From: an uncultured Pseudobdellovibrionaceae bacterium
GTDB lineage: Bacteria; Bdellovibrionota; Bdellovibrionia; Bdellovibrionales; UBA1609
NCBI GenBank assembly: GCA_964502735.1
Contig: CAZCYD010000001.1
Coordinates: 4,584 to 68,583 of the forward strand
Length of the DNA stretch: 64,000 nucleotides
Direction of reading: 5' to 3'
Of this stretch, positions 36,833-46,541 are shown in pieces (position 1 is the stretch's first letter; every line of letters begins with the position of its first letter). The translations under genes were made by a program, and so were the position numbers. Under the pieces are notes generated by a model. The model ran no database searches and was not told the DNA's origin. It saw only the letters and a program-made list of their open reading frames with translations.

Positions 36833-39151
36833 GTGCTGAGTAGAAGATTTTTAAGTTCAATTTTATTTAATTTAAAAAACCCAAAAAAAGTTTTACTTTC
36901 TTTTCTTTTTGCATTGACGCTAACTATCATTGCCATGGGGGTTTGGTGGAAAAGCTTAGAGAATGAAATTGTCCAAAGGCTTTCTCAAGGGTGGTTTAAG
37001 GCCCCCATTGAATTCTACACAAACAGTGAAAGTTTAAAAGTTGGCGAGGTTCATACAAAACAACACATTGAACTCAGCTTGATTAGACGTGGATTTCAGA
37101 AACAAAGCGGATCACGCTTAAGTCAAAAAACTTTCAGTTGGTGGACTCAAGAGGTCTGTCAAATGAATATGAGCGAAAAACTAGCTACAGATACGACTTA
37201 TTGTCTCGCCATGCGAGGAGAGCGCTCTAATAAGGACTTGAACGAAAACCTAAAGCTTATTGCGTTTAACCCCGAAGCTAGAATTGTTCAGGTTTTAAGC
37301 GGCGAACCACTCAAGACACAAGAGTCTATTCGCTTAGCCCCCTTTCTCTTTGCTCAATATTACGGAAAGACTCCCATCCTCCGGCAAGTTCTCAATTTAA
37401 CAGATATTCCCTTATTTTGTTCGCAAGCGGTTACAGCTATTGAAGATCAAGGCTTTTTGGAGCACCGTGGATTTAACCCTACAAGCTTTATTCGTGCCGC
37501 CCTGAGCAATCTCGCCTCTGGCTATTATGCTCAAGGAGGGAGCACCATTACTCAACAACTCGTAAAAAACTACTTTCTAACCCCTGAAAAAACCATATAC
37601 AGAAAACTGAAAGAAATCATTATGGCTCTTATCTTGGAGGCAAAATTTGAAAAGGAGCAAATTTTAGAGAATTATTTGAATGTCATTTATATGGGACAAA
37701 ATGGCCCCTTTGAGGTCAGAGGGTTTGGAGCGGCCTCCAAGCACTATCTTAACAAGAATCTTTCTCATCTCAATCTTTCTGAATGCGCCCTTCTTGCGGC
37801 CATTCTCAATAATCCAGGAAGATATAACCCTTTTCATCACCCAGACAGAGCTCAACAGAGAAGATCCAAAGTTTTAAAGCACATGTTAAATTTAAAGATG
37901 ATTGATGATAATCAATTTCAACAAGCTAATTTAATTTCCCTTCCAAAAAAAGAACACAGAGTCAGCACAACTCCGGCTCCCTACTTTGTAGAGTTTATTT
38001 ACAAGCAACTTGAACAATTAAATTTCTTACCTTCTTTTGAAGAGTCGGGCTTGCGAGTGTACACCTCATTGCACCTCGACAGACAGGATCTGGCACAAAA
38101 AAAGGTCAAAGAAACGGTAGAAGCTTTGAGTTCCCGATACCCTAAGAGTTCTGAAAACAACAAGAACTCACTACAAGGACTTATTATTCATGTTGACATT
38201 GAAAGCGCTGAAGTTCTCGCCTTAGTGGGGGGTAAAAACTTTTCTTTGAGCCAATTTAATCGTGCAACAGAAAGTCGCCGCCAAGTCGGCTCTGTGTTCA
38301 AACCCTTAGTTTATTTGGCAGCCCTTGAAAGTCTTTCCCCCACGGGACAGCCCTACTCCCCCTTAACATTGATTCCTGATATTAAGTTTACCTATACCTA
38401 TGAAGGACAAAGTTGGAGTCCTCAAAATTACGACAAAAAATTCTATGGAGAGGTTCCCCTATATTACGCTCTTAAAAATAGTCTAAATGTAGCTACTGCT
38501 AAACTGGGTCTTGATATTGGATTAACCACGATTATTGATTTAGCCCGGCGGCTGGGGGCAAACTCTGAACTGCGCCCACTGCCCTCCTTGTCGCTTGGAG
38601 CTTTTGAGATGACCCCCTTTGAAGTGGCAAAAATATTTACGAATATTGCTCGCATGGGCAATTCCACCAACCTAGTAACCATAAAATCAATTACAAGTCT
38701 CGACGAAAAAAAAATTTATACACCGCCTTTAGATAACGAAACGACGGTGGCCCCTGAAAATGCCGCTAAGCTCATAAGTATGATGAAACAAACTTTCCTT
38801 TCGGGAACTGCAAAATCGTCTAAAAAATATGGCTTCTACCACACAGCTGCTGGAAAAACAGGAACGACTTCCGACACAAAAGACTCGTGGTTTATTGGTT
38901 TTACCCCAAATGATTTAGTGCTCACTTGGATCGGTAATGACGATAACCTTCCGACACAGCTTACTGGCGCAAGCGGTGCACTGCCACTTTGGCTCAACTA
39001 TATGAACGTAGTAAAGAATCGGATTGATCAGAATAAAGATTTTTCATGGCCGAACGGACTAAAACATAAAACAATAAATAAAGAAACTCTCCGAGAGACC
39101 CTCACCGACCCTAGCGAGGAAGACCTGATAGAATTTGAATTAATGTTGTGA
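36833..39151 (+). CDS. Class A penicillin-binding protein (PBP1A-type transglycosylase/transpeptidase)
   Basis: GT51 motifs are present (EDQGFLEHRGFNP, GGSTITQQLVKN, RKLKE). Transpeptidase motifs are SVFKP (SxxK), SLN (SxN) and KTGTT. The start is GTG. Confidence 0.93.
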   Translation: MLSRRFLSSILFNLKNPKKVLLSFLFALTLTIIAMGVWWKSLENEIVQRLSQGWFKAPIEFYTNSESLKVGEVHTKQHIELSLIRRGFQKQSGSRLSQKTFSWWTQEVCQMNMSEKLATDTTYCLAMRGERSNKDLNENLKLIAFNPEARIVQVLSGEPLKTQESIRLAPFLFAQYYGKTPILRQVLNLTDIPLFCSQAVTAIEDQGFLEHRGFNPTSFIRAALSNLASGYYAQGGSTITQQLVKNYFLTPEKTIYRKLKEIIMALILEAKFEKEQILENYLNVIYMGQNGPFEVRGFGAASKHYLNKNLSHLNLSECALLAAILNNPGRYNPFHHPDRAQQRRSKVLKHMLNLKMIDDNQFQQANLISLPKKEHRVSTTPAPYFVEFIYKQLEQLNFLPSFEESGLRVYTSLHLDRQDLAQKKVKETVEALSSRYPKSSENNKNSLQGLIIHVDIESAEVLALVGGKNFSLSQFNRATESRRQVGSVFKPLVYLAALESLSPTGQPYSPLTLIPDIKFTYTYEGQSWSPQNYDKKFYGEVPLYYALKNSLNVATAKLGLDIGLTTIIDLARRLGANSELRPLPSLSLGAFEMTPFEVAKIFTNIARMGNSTNLVTIKSITSLDEKKIYTPPLDNETTVAPENAAKLISMMKQTFLSGTAKSSKKYGFYHTAAGKTGTTSDTKDSWFIGFTPNDLVLTWIGNDDNLPTQLTGASGALPLWLNYMNVVKNRIDQNKDFSWPNGLKHKTINKETLRETLTDPSEEDLIEFELML

Positions 39152-39179
39152 ACTCGGCTTGAGTACCAACAATTTGAGC

Positions 39180-39779
39180 CTAGTAAAGTAAGTGAACTTG
39201 ACAGCTATGTTTTTGAACCACAGTTGGTGGAATATTGGTTTTGAACTTTATTTTACCATTGAGCCTAGAAATGAGTAGGGGATTCCACTGGTTTGTGTGA
39301 GTAGCATGATAGTCTTGCTCGAGATAAGCAATTTGTGAAATCAAATCAATTGTGAGATGATAAACAACTTTTTTATCCTGCCGGATCCCAATACCTCCTA
39401 TAGCCGTATGTGCGCTTTCAGCTTCACTAAACACCATTCTTAAACGTGGGTTCTCGTTTCGATTTGGATCCCAAATCACTTGTTCTATAACGAAATCCAG
39501 CTCCCCCATGTCCCTACCTTCCAAAGAGTACTGCACTCGCAATCTATTATTTTCTACATCTAAATCTATGATTCTCAATTTATCATAGCCAAATTCCTGT
39601 CTCGTCGGTTTTTTTATGGTGCAAAATAGTGAGGGACTACTAAAACACTCTCTGTGGGGAGTAAAGTCGTAAGCAGAAACAAAAGAAAAATATGTTGAAA
39701 TTTGCTCACTATCTAGGGCTCTCGGCCCCTTGGCATTGGCTGAGGTTACAACCAGAACTCCCAAGAGAAGTAGTGTCAT
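39180..39779 (-). CDS. Secreted hypothetical protein
   Basis: ATG at 39779 (AAGG 4 nt upstream) gives the signal peptide MTLLLLGVLVVTSANAKG. The track ORF runs on to 39914 through a DNA tandem repeat, which I regard as upstream sequence. Confidence 0.5.
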   Translation of the reverse strand: MTLLLLGVLVVTSANAKGPRALDSEQISTYFSFVSAYDFTPHRECFSSPSLFCTIKKPTRQEFGYDKLRIIDLDVENNRLRVQYSLEGRDMGELDFVIEQVIWDPNRNENPRLRMVFSEAESAHTAIGGIGIRQDKKVVYHLTIDLISQIAYLEQDYHATHTNQWNPLLISRLNGKIKFKTNIPPTVVQKHSCQVHLLY

Positions 39780-39872
39780 TACCTTGCCTTTTGTTGTAGC
39801 AAATACCCCTGTCGCCATTGCTCTTTTTTTTGTTCCTTCTTTGACGAATTCAAGCAGAATCATTAGCTCCTC

Positions 39873-39913
39873 CCTATCTCTCAGGTTCCTATCTCTCAGG
39901 TTCCTATCTCTCA
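39873..39913. repeat. 15-bp tandem repeat (cctatctctcaggtt x2.7)
   Basis: Read directly from the sequence. On the minus strand it would encode RDRNL RDRNL RDR at the head of the extended ORF 39180..39914. Confidence 0.9.
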
Positions 39914-40332
39914 AAAGTCACAAGCTCCTTCTCGTCTCCATAAAAATCCTTCTTGGTTTCGTACAGCAGACCTCTTTTGGAACCACTTACTAAATTTTAC
40001 AAATATATTCAATTATTTGCCCTACGATTGAAGTTTTTATCTAAGCTCCCCCTTCTATCTCTATGTGATATGAAAGCTTGAGTTGCCAATTGAATAACTC
40101 AAATTCGAGATTCAAACTACTCCCTCACACTAACAAGAACTGGCAATCTAAAGCTTGCCTCCCAATTATTAACTTAAAGTTAACAAGATCACCCCAACTT
40201 AACGAGTCTCCTAGAAATTTCCTTGTAATATACCCCCTTCTAAAAAGTGGAGAGAGACGTAGAACCTTGTAACTTAATGAAAAGAGTTAATAAAAAGCAA
40301 AAGTAAAACAAAAGTAAAACAAAATAAGTCAC

Positions 40333-41730
40333 TTAATGCCGTTTAGTTAAGGCGGCGTAGTAATTTTTGACAATCATGAATTTTCTGCAAAAATGAGTAG
40401 GTAGAAATAAAAAAAGGTTCCCGAGCTTTTTGTGAATCGAGGAACCTTTTAAAAATAACAAAAAAGGAGTCAAAATGACGAGTTCGCGTCACAACCCCAC
40501 AGAATTATCATCCTCAATTTAACTCGCACTTTCAAGAAAAATATTTAATTGGAGCAAAACAAAATCGATCTCGAGTATTTTCGCCTAAAAATTTATTTTT
40601 AACTCTATGTTCACTGGTCTCCTCAACCAACGAGAACGGCTATAGCACGGCTATATTGAATAGCCTAACAAATGAGCTAGGAGTTGAAGAGCTGCCCACT
40701 AATGGAGCTCTGAGCCACTTTAGGAAACGCATCAGCTACAAGTACTTCCGTGATGAAGTTTACAAGCTTAATGCTAAATCTGATCGAAAAAGAAAAAAAT
40801 GGAAAGGTTATTTCCTCTATTCTACCGATGGGATCCAACTCACTCTCCCGAGAAGTTTAGACATCATTAACAATGACTACTCAGGTAGGAAAGTCAGTAA
40901 ATACCGCGAGTCTTACATGCCAAAGATGTTTGCCGTGGGGGTGATAGATGTTCTTAATAGCATTGTTAAAGACTTTAGAGAACACCCCACACTGGACGAG
41001 CCAGCTGATGCCATAGATATGATCCCAGGTCTTGAGACAAACAGTTTAACTATTTACGATCGCCTCTATGGGAACAAAAAAATAATTAAAGCTCACAGAG
41101 AGGCTGGCAATCAATTTTTATTTAGACTTCGAGGAAGTGTCTGCAAAGAGATGAAAGTTATCTTTAATACAAATAAGCGGAAAAAGTTAACAGTTACTGT
41201 AGAGGGAGTTGTTGTTCATCTATTTAAAATATTTAACCCCAAAACTAAAGAGCACGATTATTTTGGTACGAGTTTACCAAAGAACATTATCTCGGAAAAA
41301 ATCATTCGAAAACTCTATAACTTGCGCTGGGAAATTGAAAATACATTCCGCGACTTTACCAAAACTATCAGACTCGAACAGTGGCATTCGAAGTTTATCA
41401 ACGGTATTCGGCAGGAGCTATGGGTAGCGATTTGGCTCTATAATTTTGTAAAATTGAAAATACTGGGTCACTTCGATCCTGCCAAACGAGCCATGAATGA
41501 GGAGTACATCAAGCCCAATTTTAAACTTATTTTTACCTGGATCAGTTCAAAGCTTGGAGAAATATTTAAACGATTACGAGGTTTTAAAAAAACTCTTGTC
41601 GAACTTATTAACAGGTCCTTAGAAAAACGAAGGCGACATTCAAGATCCTATAAACGAGAGATCAAATCCCCGAGAGGTCCGTTTCCTTACAATAATACGA
41701 GGTGGTATGGGCTTAACTAAACGGCATTAA
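40333..41730 (+). mobile_element. IS4-family insertion sequence (1398 bp) with 19-bp perfect terminal inverted repeats and an 8-bp target-site duplication
   Basis: IRL is ttaatgccgtttagttaag (40333-40351). IRR is cttaactaaacggcattaa (41712-41730). The flanking direct repeat taagtcac is at 40325-40332 and 41731-41738. A single DDE transposase ORF lies inside. Confidence 0.9.
40656..41720 (+). CDS. IS4-family DDE transposase (N-terminal region apparently frameshifted)
   Basis: The Y-(2)-R-(3)-E-(6)-K signature YNLRWEIENTFRDFTK is typical of IS4-family transposases. The stop codon lies inside IRR. The frame stays open upstream to 40479 with no ATG. An ATG with AGGAG RBS at 40475 is in another frame and stops after 15 codons. 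Confidence 0.8.
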   Translation: MNSLTNELGVEELPTNGALSHFRKRISYKYFRDEVYKLNAKSDRKRKKWKGYFLYSTDGIQLTLPRSLDIINNDYSGRKVSKYRESYMPKMFAVGVIDVLNSIVKDFREHPTLDEPADAIDMIPGLETNSLTIYDRLYGNKKIIKAHREAGNQFLFRLRGSVCKEMKVIFNTNKRKKLTVTVEGVVVHLFKIFNPKTKEHDYFGTSLPKNIISEKIIRKLYNLRWEIENTFRDFTKTIRLEQWHSKFINGIRQELWVAIWLYNFVKLKILGHFDPAKRAMNEEYIKPNFKLIFTWISSKLGEIFKRLRGFKKTLVELINRSLEKRRRHSRSYKREIKSPRGPFPYNNTRWYGLN

Positions 41731-41962
41731 TAAGTCACTTTGACTAAAAGTTAGTCACAAAGAAATTAATTACACCCGCAACAGTTTCCGGTGTCATTTT
41801 GACACTTTTTGTGGCAAAAGAAGGAGGTTAACGGCTTTCTGCATTCCGAGGGAATGCAGAATTTGAGAGAGAGTTTTGGTAAATAAACCATTGTGTAAAT
41901 AACCAGTTGTAACTCGTTTAATGAAGCTTTCTTCACGTAGCAAGAAATGTAAAATTTGAATA

Positions 41963-43864
41963 ATGGCAAAAACAAAAATAAAAATAAGGACAAATGTGTT
42001 GGGAAAAAAACCTTCAGGGAACCTGATAAACATTTTAAAAAGGGGATGGCCACAGTCGCTCATCCGCCTAACTCTAGCCATTTCAGCTGGACTTGCTGTC
42101 CATTTTATTGATTTAGATTTTTTCGAGTATCTTACCTACGATTGGCGGGTTAGGCTAAAGCCAGCACCAGCCATCTCAAATGAAATTGAGTTGATTGCGA
42201 TCGACAAGAAAACAACTGCTGAATTGGGCGCAGAAATTGAAGCCAAGCACCATAGCCTTCTCTTGCAAAAATTAATGAAACGCCAACCGCGAGCCATCGT
42301 CTACACCATTAACCGTGTAGATAAAATTCCTATCTCGGGAGATCAAGACGATATTTTAAATCTCGCCAAATACACACAAGACAAACCCATTTACTTTGGA
42401 CGAGACACCCTCTTTAACCCTGAGGATCCCAGCCAAAGTCAGTTTCCCGAACCCTATAACGGTTTTAAAACTCTCCAGGCCCCAATTCCTCGCGATAATG
42501 CCAACTTCGCTAGAGACAGAGTTACGAGAAGAGCTGTTATTTCCTATTATGAAAGACCAACCATGCATGCATGGTTGGCGTCTAGTATAAACAACACGCA
42601 CCCAGATAAGGTTTACCGCGGCCAGTTTAAATTCTATAACTCGCAACAAGTTTTTATTAATTTTAGACCCAGTGGAACCTACAAACCTCTTTCATTTGTC
42701 GACGTCATAAAAGAACGAGTTCCTTTAGAGAGTATAAGCGAAAAGGTCATCTTAATTGCTTATGATACCGGTGATCAAATTGATGACACTATTTTGTCTC
42801 CCTACTCAAGAGAAGTTGACGCCATGTCAAATCTTGAGGCTCACGCCAATATTTTGGATACTCTGATACTTGACAATGGACTCATTAAAACACCAGCTTG
42901 GCTAAGACTACTTCTGACCTGTCTAGTTTCTATTCTCACTGTATTTGTCGTTCTCAAGGTTCGGCCGTCTAATGGTTTAGTAGTCATATTTTTAACTTTA
43001 ATTAGTCTATTCGTCGTAGGTTTTTTACTTCTTTCAAGCTTAGATATTTTTATAGAAATCGCAAACCCCCTACTTGCCGTTTTTATCTGCTACTATTTTT
43101 TTATTCCCTACAGATTAATTATGGAAAATCGTAAAAGCTGGGAGTACTACCATAAAAATAAATTGCTCACTCAAGTTGAAGAATTAAAAAGTAATTTCAT
43201 GAGAATGATGTCACATGACCTTAAAACACCTCTTGCCAGAATCCAAGGAATGGCTGATGTAATTAAAGGCGAACCCAACTTAACTCCCCAACAAAACAAA
43301 GCCGTTGAAACTATTTCTGAGTCCAGCCAAGAGCTGACTGATTTCATTGCCTCAATACTTAGTCTTGGTAGAATTGAAAGCAAGGAAGTTAAACTCAATA
43401 TTCAAAGTAAAGATATTAATTCCATTTTAAAAAATGTTATAAAAAAGTATGACTTCAATGCTCAATCAAAGAACATAGAGATTCTTACTGAGTTTGAACC
43501 TCTTTTTAGTGTTCAAGTTGATGAAGATTTAATCAAGCAAGTTTTCTCAAACTTAATCGAAAACGCCATCAAATACAGCCATGAAAACTCTAAAATTCTC
43601 ATTTCTACAGAAGAGATTGATGGAAAAGTTTATATACAAATCTCAGATCAAGGTATAGGTATTAGTCCTCATGATCAGCGAGATGTTTTTACCAAATTTT
43701 ATCGAGGCAACGAGGTTGTTAATAGTCCCATTAAAGGGTCCGGATTGGGACTTTACCTCGCAAAATATTTTGTTGAATTACATTCGGGCAGCATTTCTAT
43801 AGAGAGTGAGCTTCATCGAGGTTCTACTTTTACAGTTGAGCTGCCCACAGAGTTAAATATATAA
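41963..43864 (+). CDS. CHASE2-domain sensor histidine kinase
   Basis: The layout is an N-terminal TM helix, a ~280-aa extracytoplasmic CHASE2-like region (YDWRVRLKP, IELIAIDKKT), then three TM helices. HisKA is MMSHDLKTPLARI. HATPase_c has NLIENAIKYS, DQGIGI and GSGLGLYLAK. Confidence 0.85.
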   Translation: MAKTKIKIRTNVLGKKPSGNLINILKRGWPQSLIRLTLAISAGLAVHFIDLDFFEYLTYDWRVRLKPAPAISNEIELIAIDKKTTAELGAEIEAKHHSLLLQKLMKRQPRAIVYTINRVDKIPISGDQDDILNLAKYTQDKPIYFGRDTLFNPEDPSQSQFPEPYNGFKTLQAPIPRDNANFARDRVTRRAVISYYERPTMHAWLASSINNTHPDKVYRGQFKFYNSQQVFINFRPSGTYKPLSFVDVIKERVPLESISEKVILIAYDTGDQIDDTILSPYSREVDAMSNLEAHANILDTLILDNGLIKTPAWLRLLLTCLVSILTVFVVLKVRPSNGLVVIFLTLISLFVVGFLLLSSLDIFIEIANPLLAVFICYYFFIPYRLIMENRKSWEYYHKNKLLTQVEELKSNFMRMMSHDLKTPLARIQGMADVIKGEPNLTPQQNKAVETISESSQELTDFIASILSLGRIESKEVKLNIQSKDINSILKNVIKKYDFNAQSKNIEILTEFEPLFSVQVDEDLIKQVFSNLIENAIKYSHENSKILISTEEIDGKVYIQISDQGIGISPHDQRDVFTKFYRGNEVVNSPIKGSGLGLYLAKYFVELHSGSISIESELHRGSTFTVELPTELNI

Positions 43865-43877
43865 GGAGAGCACTTTT

Positions 43878-45353
43878 ATGCTAAAAGTCTTAGTCGTTGA
43901 TGATGATGCTGGTTTAAGATTATCAGTAAAATCTACGTTATCATCTTCAAATCAATTTGAGATCGATGAAGCTTTTGATGGTGTAAATGCCTTAGAAAAG
44001 GCTAAAGCTCAAACCTACAACATGGTGCTAATGGATGTGGATATGCCACGCATGAATGGGCTCGAAGCTCTTAAACAAATCAAAGAGCACGACCCTTCTA
44101 TTATCGTAATCATAATGACTGCCTATGCCACAATTGATAACGCTGTGTCGGCCGTAAAGGATGGAGCTTACAATTACGTTTCAAAGCCCATCAAAGGCGA
44201 AGAACTTCTCGCAATGGTTAACAAGGCTCTAGAGGCTCATAGTTTAATTTCTCAAGTGGCAGCTTCAGCCCCTGTATTAACAATGGAGTCCGGTCGAAAA
44301 ATCGTGGGCGGAACAGCGCAAATGCAAAAGGTCTTTCATATCATTGATCGACTATCAAAAGTTAACACCCCTGTGCTTATACGTGGAGCTTCGGGAACTG
44401 GCAAAGAGCTTGTAGCTAGAGCTATTCACGTCAATTCCCGGTTTAAAGAAGGGCCCTTCTCTGCTATCAACTGTTCCGCTATACCTGAGAACTTATTTGA
44501 GAGTGAACTCTTTGGACATGAAAAGGGAGCTTTTACAGGAGCTGATCAAAGAAAAATTGGAAAGTTTCAGTTCGCGGAGGGAGGCACCTTATTCCTAGAT
44601 GAAATTGGCGATATGCCTCAACTTATGCAAGTTAAACTTTTACGCGTTTTGCAAGAAAAGGTATTTACTCCTATCGGCTCAAATAGAGAGATTGCGACAA
44701 ATGTAAGAATTATTGCGGCTACAAACCGCCCCTTAGAGGAAATGATCAAAAAAGGAGTCTTCAGAGAAGATCTTTATTACCGCTTGAATGTCATGCCCAT
44801 AACTTTGCCCTCACTCAGTGAGCGCCAGAATGATCTCGATAGTCTTATTAATAACTTTATCAAAAAATTTAACGAAAAACTCGAAAAGAAAATTATCGGA
44901 TGCACACCAGAAGCCTTGTCATGCCTAAAAAAATACAGTTGGCCTGGAAACATTCGAGAACTGGAAAATGTAATTGAACATGCTTTTATTCTGGAAGAGA
45001 CAAAACACATTAATATTCAGTCTCTTCCAGAAAGCCTTCTTGAAGCTACTCAAACAAAATTACAAGTGCCAGCCCAAGCCTATACTCTTAATAATCAAAG
45101 TGTGGTGACAAGCGATGAAAGTAACCCGGCTGCAGGAGCCAACTTAGAAGAGTCCCCAGAGCTTGTTAAAATCAACGATGACAATCTTGACTTTAACAAA
45201 CATAAAGAAGCCTTTGAAAAGGAGTTTATAATTAAAGCTCTAACCCTGTTCAAGGGAAGAATAAACCAAACCGCGCTTCATGCCAATATTCCCAAAAAGA
45301 CTCTCTTAAGAAAGATCGAAAAATATGGCATCAATACTAGAGATTTTTTATAA
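43878..45353 (+). CDS. Sigma-54-dependent Fis-family response regulator (NtrC type)
   Basis: The REC domain has VLVVDDD and MDVDMPRMNG. The AAA+ domain has GASGTGKE, the GAFTGA motif and FLDEIGDM. A C-terminal Fis-type HTH is present. Confidence 0.93.
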   Translation: MLKVLVVDDDAGLRLSVKSTLSSSNQFEIDEAFDGVNALEKAKAQTYNMVLMDVDMPRMNGLEALKQIKEHDPSIIVIIMTAYATIDNAVSAVKDGAYNYVSKPIKGEELLAMVNKALEAHSLISQVAASAPVLTMESGRKIVGGTAQMQKVFHIIDRLSKVNTPVLIRGASGTGKELVARAIHVNSRFKEGPFSAINCSAIPENLFESELFGHEKGAFTGADQRKIGKFQFAEGGTLFLDEIGDMPQLMQVKLLRVLQEKVFTPIGSNREIATNVRIIAATNRPLEEMIKKGVFREDLYYRLNVMPITLPSLSERQNDLDSLINNFIKKFNEKLEKKIIGCTPEALSCLKKYSWPGNIRELENVIEHAFILEETKHINIQSLPESLLEATQTKLQVPAQAYTLNNQSVVTSDESNPAAGANLEESPELVKINDDNLDFNKHKEAFEKEFIIKALTLFKGRINQTALHANIPKKTLLRKIEKYGINTRDFL

Positions 45354-45418
45354 GATATTGGTTATTTTAAAGTTTTTCCTTTAACTGGCCCTTAAAATAG
45401 ATTAAACATGAAGGCTTC

Positions 45419-46219
45419 ATGATGAAAACAAATTTGCCACCTCAAGCTTACACTAGAGAAGTCTTTACGAATGCGTATGAGTGGCTACAAACTCAATCAC
45501 ACTCTGTTAAGGAGTTAGCACAAACTCCAGATGATTTGGTTGCTCTCTACTTGCAAGCCAGAAGGCACGGACACCTGAGCGCGAGTTACAATAGTAAATC
45601 ATTTAAAAATGACCTTAAAAATCTAGCTGAAGGATTACGTCAGTTCGATGATGCTCAAGTTCCCTCGGCATCAGCTGTGACTGAGAAGGTTACAGAAACC
45701 ACTAAACACTCTGTGACTTTTACCAACCACACACCACCTCCCAGTCTAAATCTGAACTACAAACCTCCTAAAATAATTGAAGACACATCTTATCTAGGCG
45801 ATGATCAAGAAGATTTTATTTCCCAACAGTTTGACCCACCACCTCAGTCTCAGTTTGTGCGCAAACAAAACTCAACCCATGGAGTGGAGTATACGGAGCC
45901 CCCAATCAAAAAGTACGCTTCGGAAAAGCTCTCTCGTCCCGTTCATGCCCCGCGGTCTGTTTATGAAGGACAGGATGTAGACAGACACGATACATATAAA
46001 CCCGAGCCCCCCCATCAAAATCCGCCGAGTCCTGGCATTTTAACCAATAAAAAATATTCACCTGAAACTTCGCCTATTGAACTTCTTGATATAAGATCCA
46101 AGGAAATTGTAGAGAAAGCTCAGACCCAACTCAACCTGTCCAGAACTGAAGAAGCTCTTAGAATGCTCCTTGTATTGGGTTTAGAAAAACTTAAGGATAT
46201 CCTTCCTGACAAAGACTAA
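45419..46219 (+). CDS. Hypothetical protein with a Pro/Gln-rich central region
   Basis: 266-aa ORF co-oriented with the kinase/regulator pair, 65 nt downstream. I recognise no family. Confidence 0.5.
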   Translation: MMKTNLPPQAYTREVFTNAYEWLQTQSHSVKELAQTPDDLVALYLQARRHGHLSASYNSKSFKNDLKNLAEGLRQFDDAQVPSASAVTEKVTETTKHSVTFTNHTPPPSLNLNYKPPKIIEDTSYLGDDQEDFISQQFDPPPQSQFVRKQNSTHGVEYTEPPIKKYASEKLSRPVHAPRSVYEGQDVDRHDTYKPEPPHQNPPSPGILTNKKYSPETSPIELLDIRSKEIVEKAQTQLNLSRTEEALRMLLVLGLEKLKDILPDKD

Positions 46220-46231
46220 TGGATTCTTCTG

Positions 46232-46259
46232 ATAACCCAAATCTACGGATTTGGGTTAT
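46232..46259 (+). other. Perfect 12-bp stem-loop right after the 45419..46219 stop
   Basis: ataacccaaatc-tacg-gatttgggttat. The 3' arm core gatttgggtt recurs at 46305-46314, followed by ttttaattttt. Confidence 0.7.
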
Positions 46260-46493
46260 TGGAGTAGCGGCTTTCGACCCAGTATTGGCTTGCAGGCTAC
46301 CGCAGATTTGGGTTTTAATTTTTAAGACAAAACCTTCCTCGACCTGCCGCAACATACTTCATTATAGAACTCCTAGTGCCCCTCAACTCACTTCCTTGCC
46401 CAACGGTTTGATGCTAGTTATACCCCATTCCATAAACGAGCACCAATCTATGACAGCTAAAGTGTTTTAAATAAGGTTGCACCCGCCTAGAAT

Positions 46494-46541
46494 CCATAGC
46501 CTTTTCCATAGCCTTTTCCATAGCCTTTTCCATAGCTTTTT
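46494..46541. repeat. 12-bp tandem repeat (ccatagcctttt x3 plus ccatagcttttt)
   Basis: Read directly from the sequence. It lies within the long noncoding region upstream of ileS. Confidence 0.9.

Noticed and set aside
46335-46352. Minus-strand GCAGGTCGAGGAAGG resembling the SRP RNA domain IV motif
   Set aside because: It lacks the paired AGCAGC half and the surrounding helix, so it is probably a chance match.
46219-46470. 83-aa ORF overlapping the stop of the preceding gene
   Set aside because: It has almost no charged residues and an odd composition. It spans the hairpin and repeat region, so I treat it as noncoding leader.
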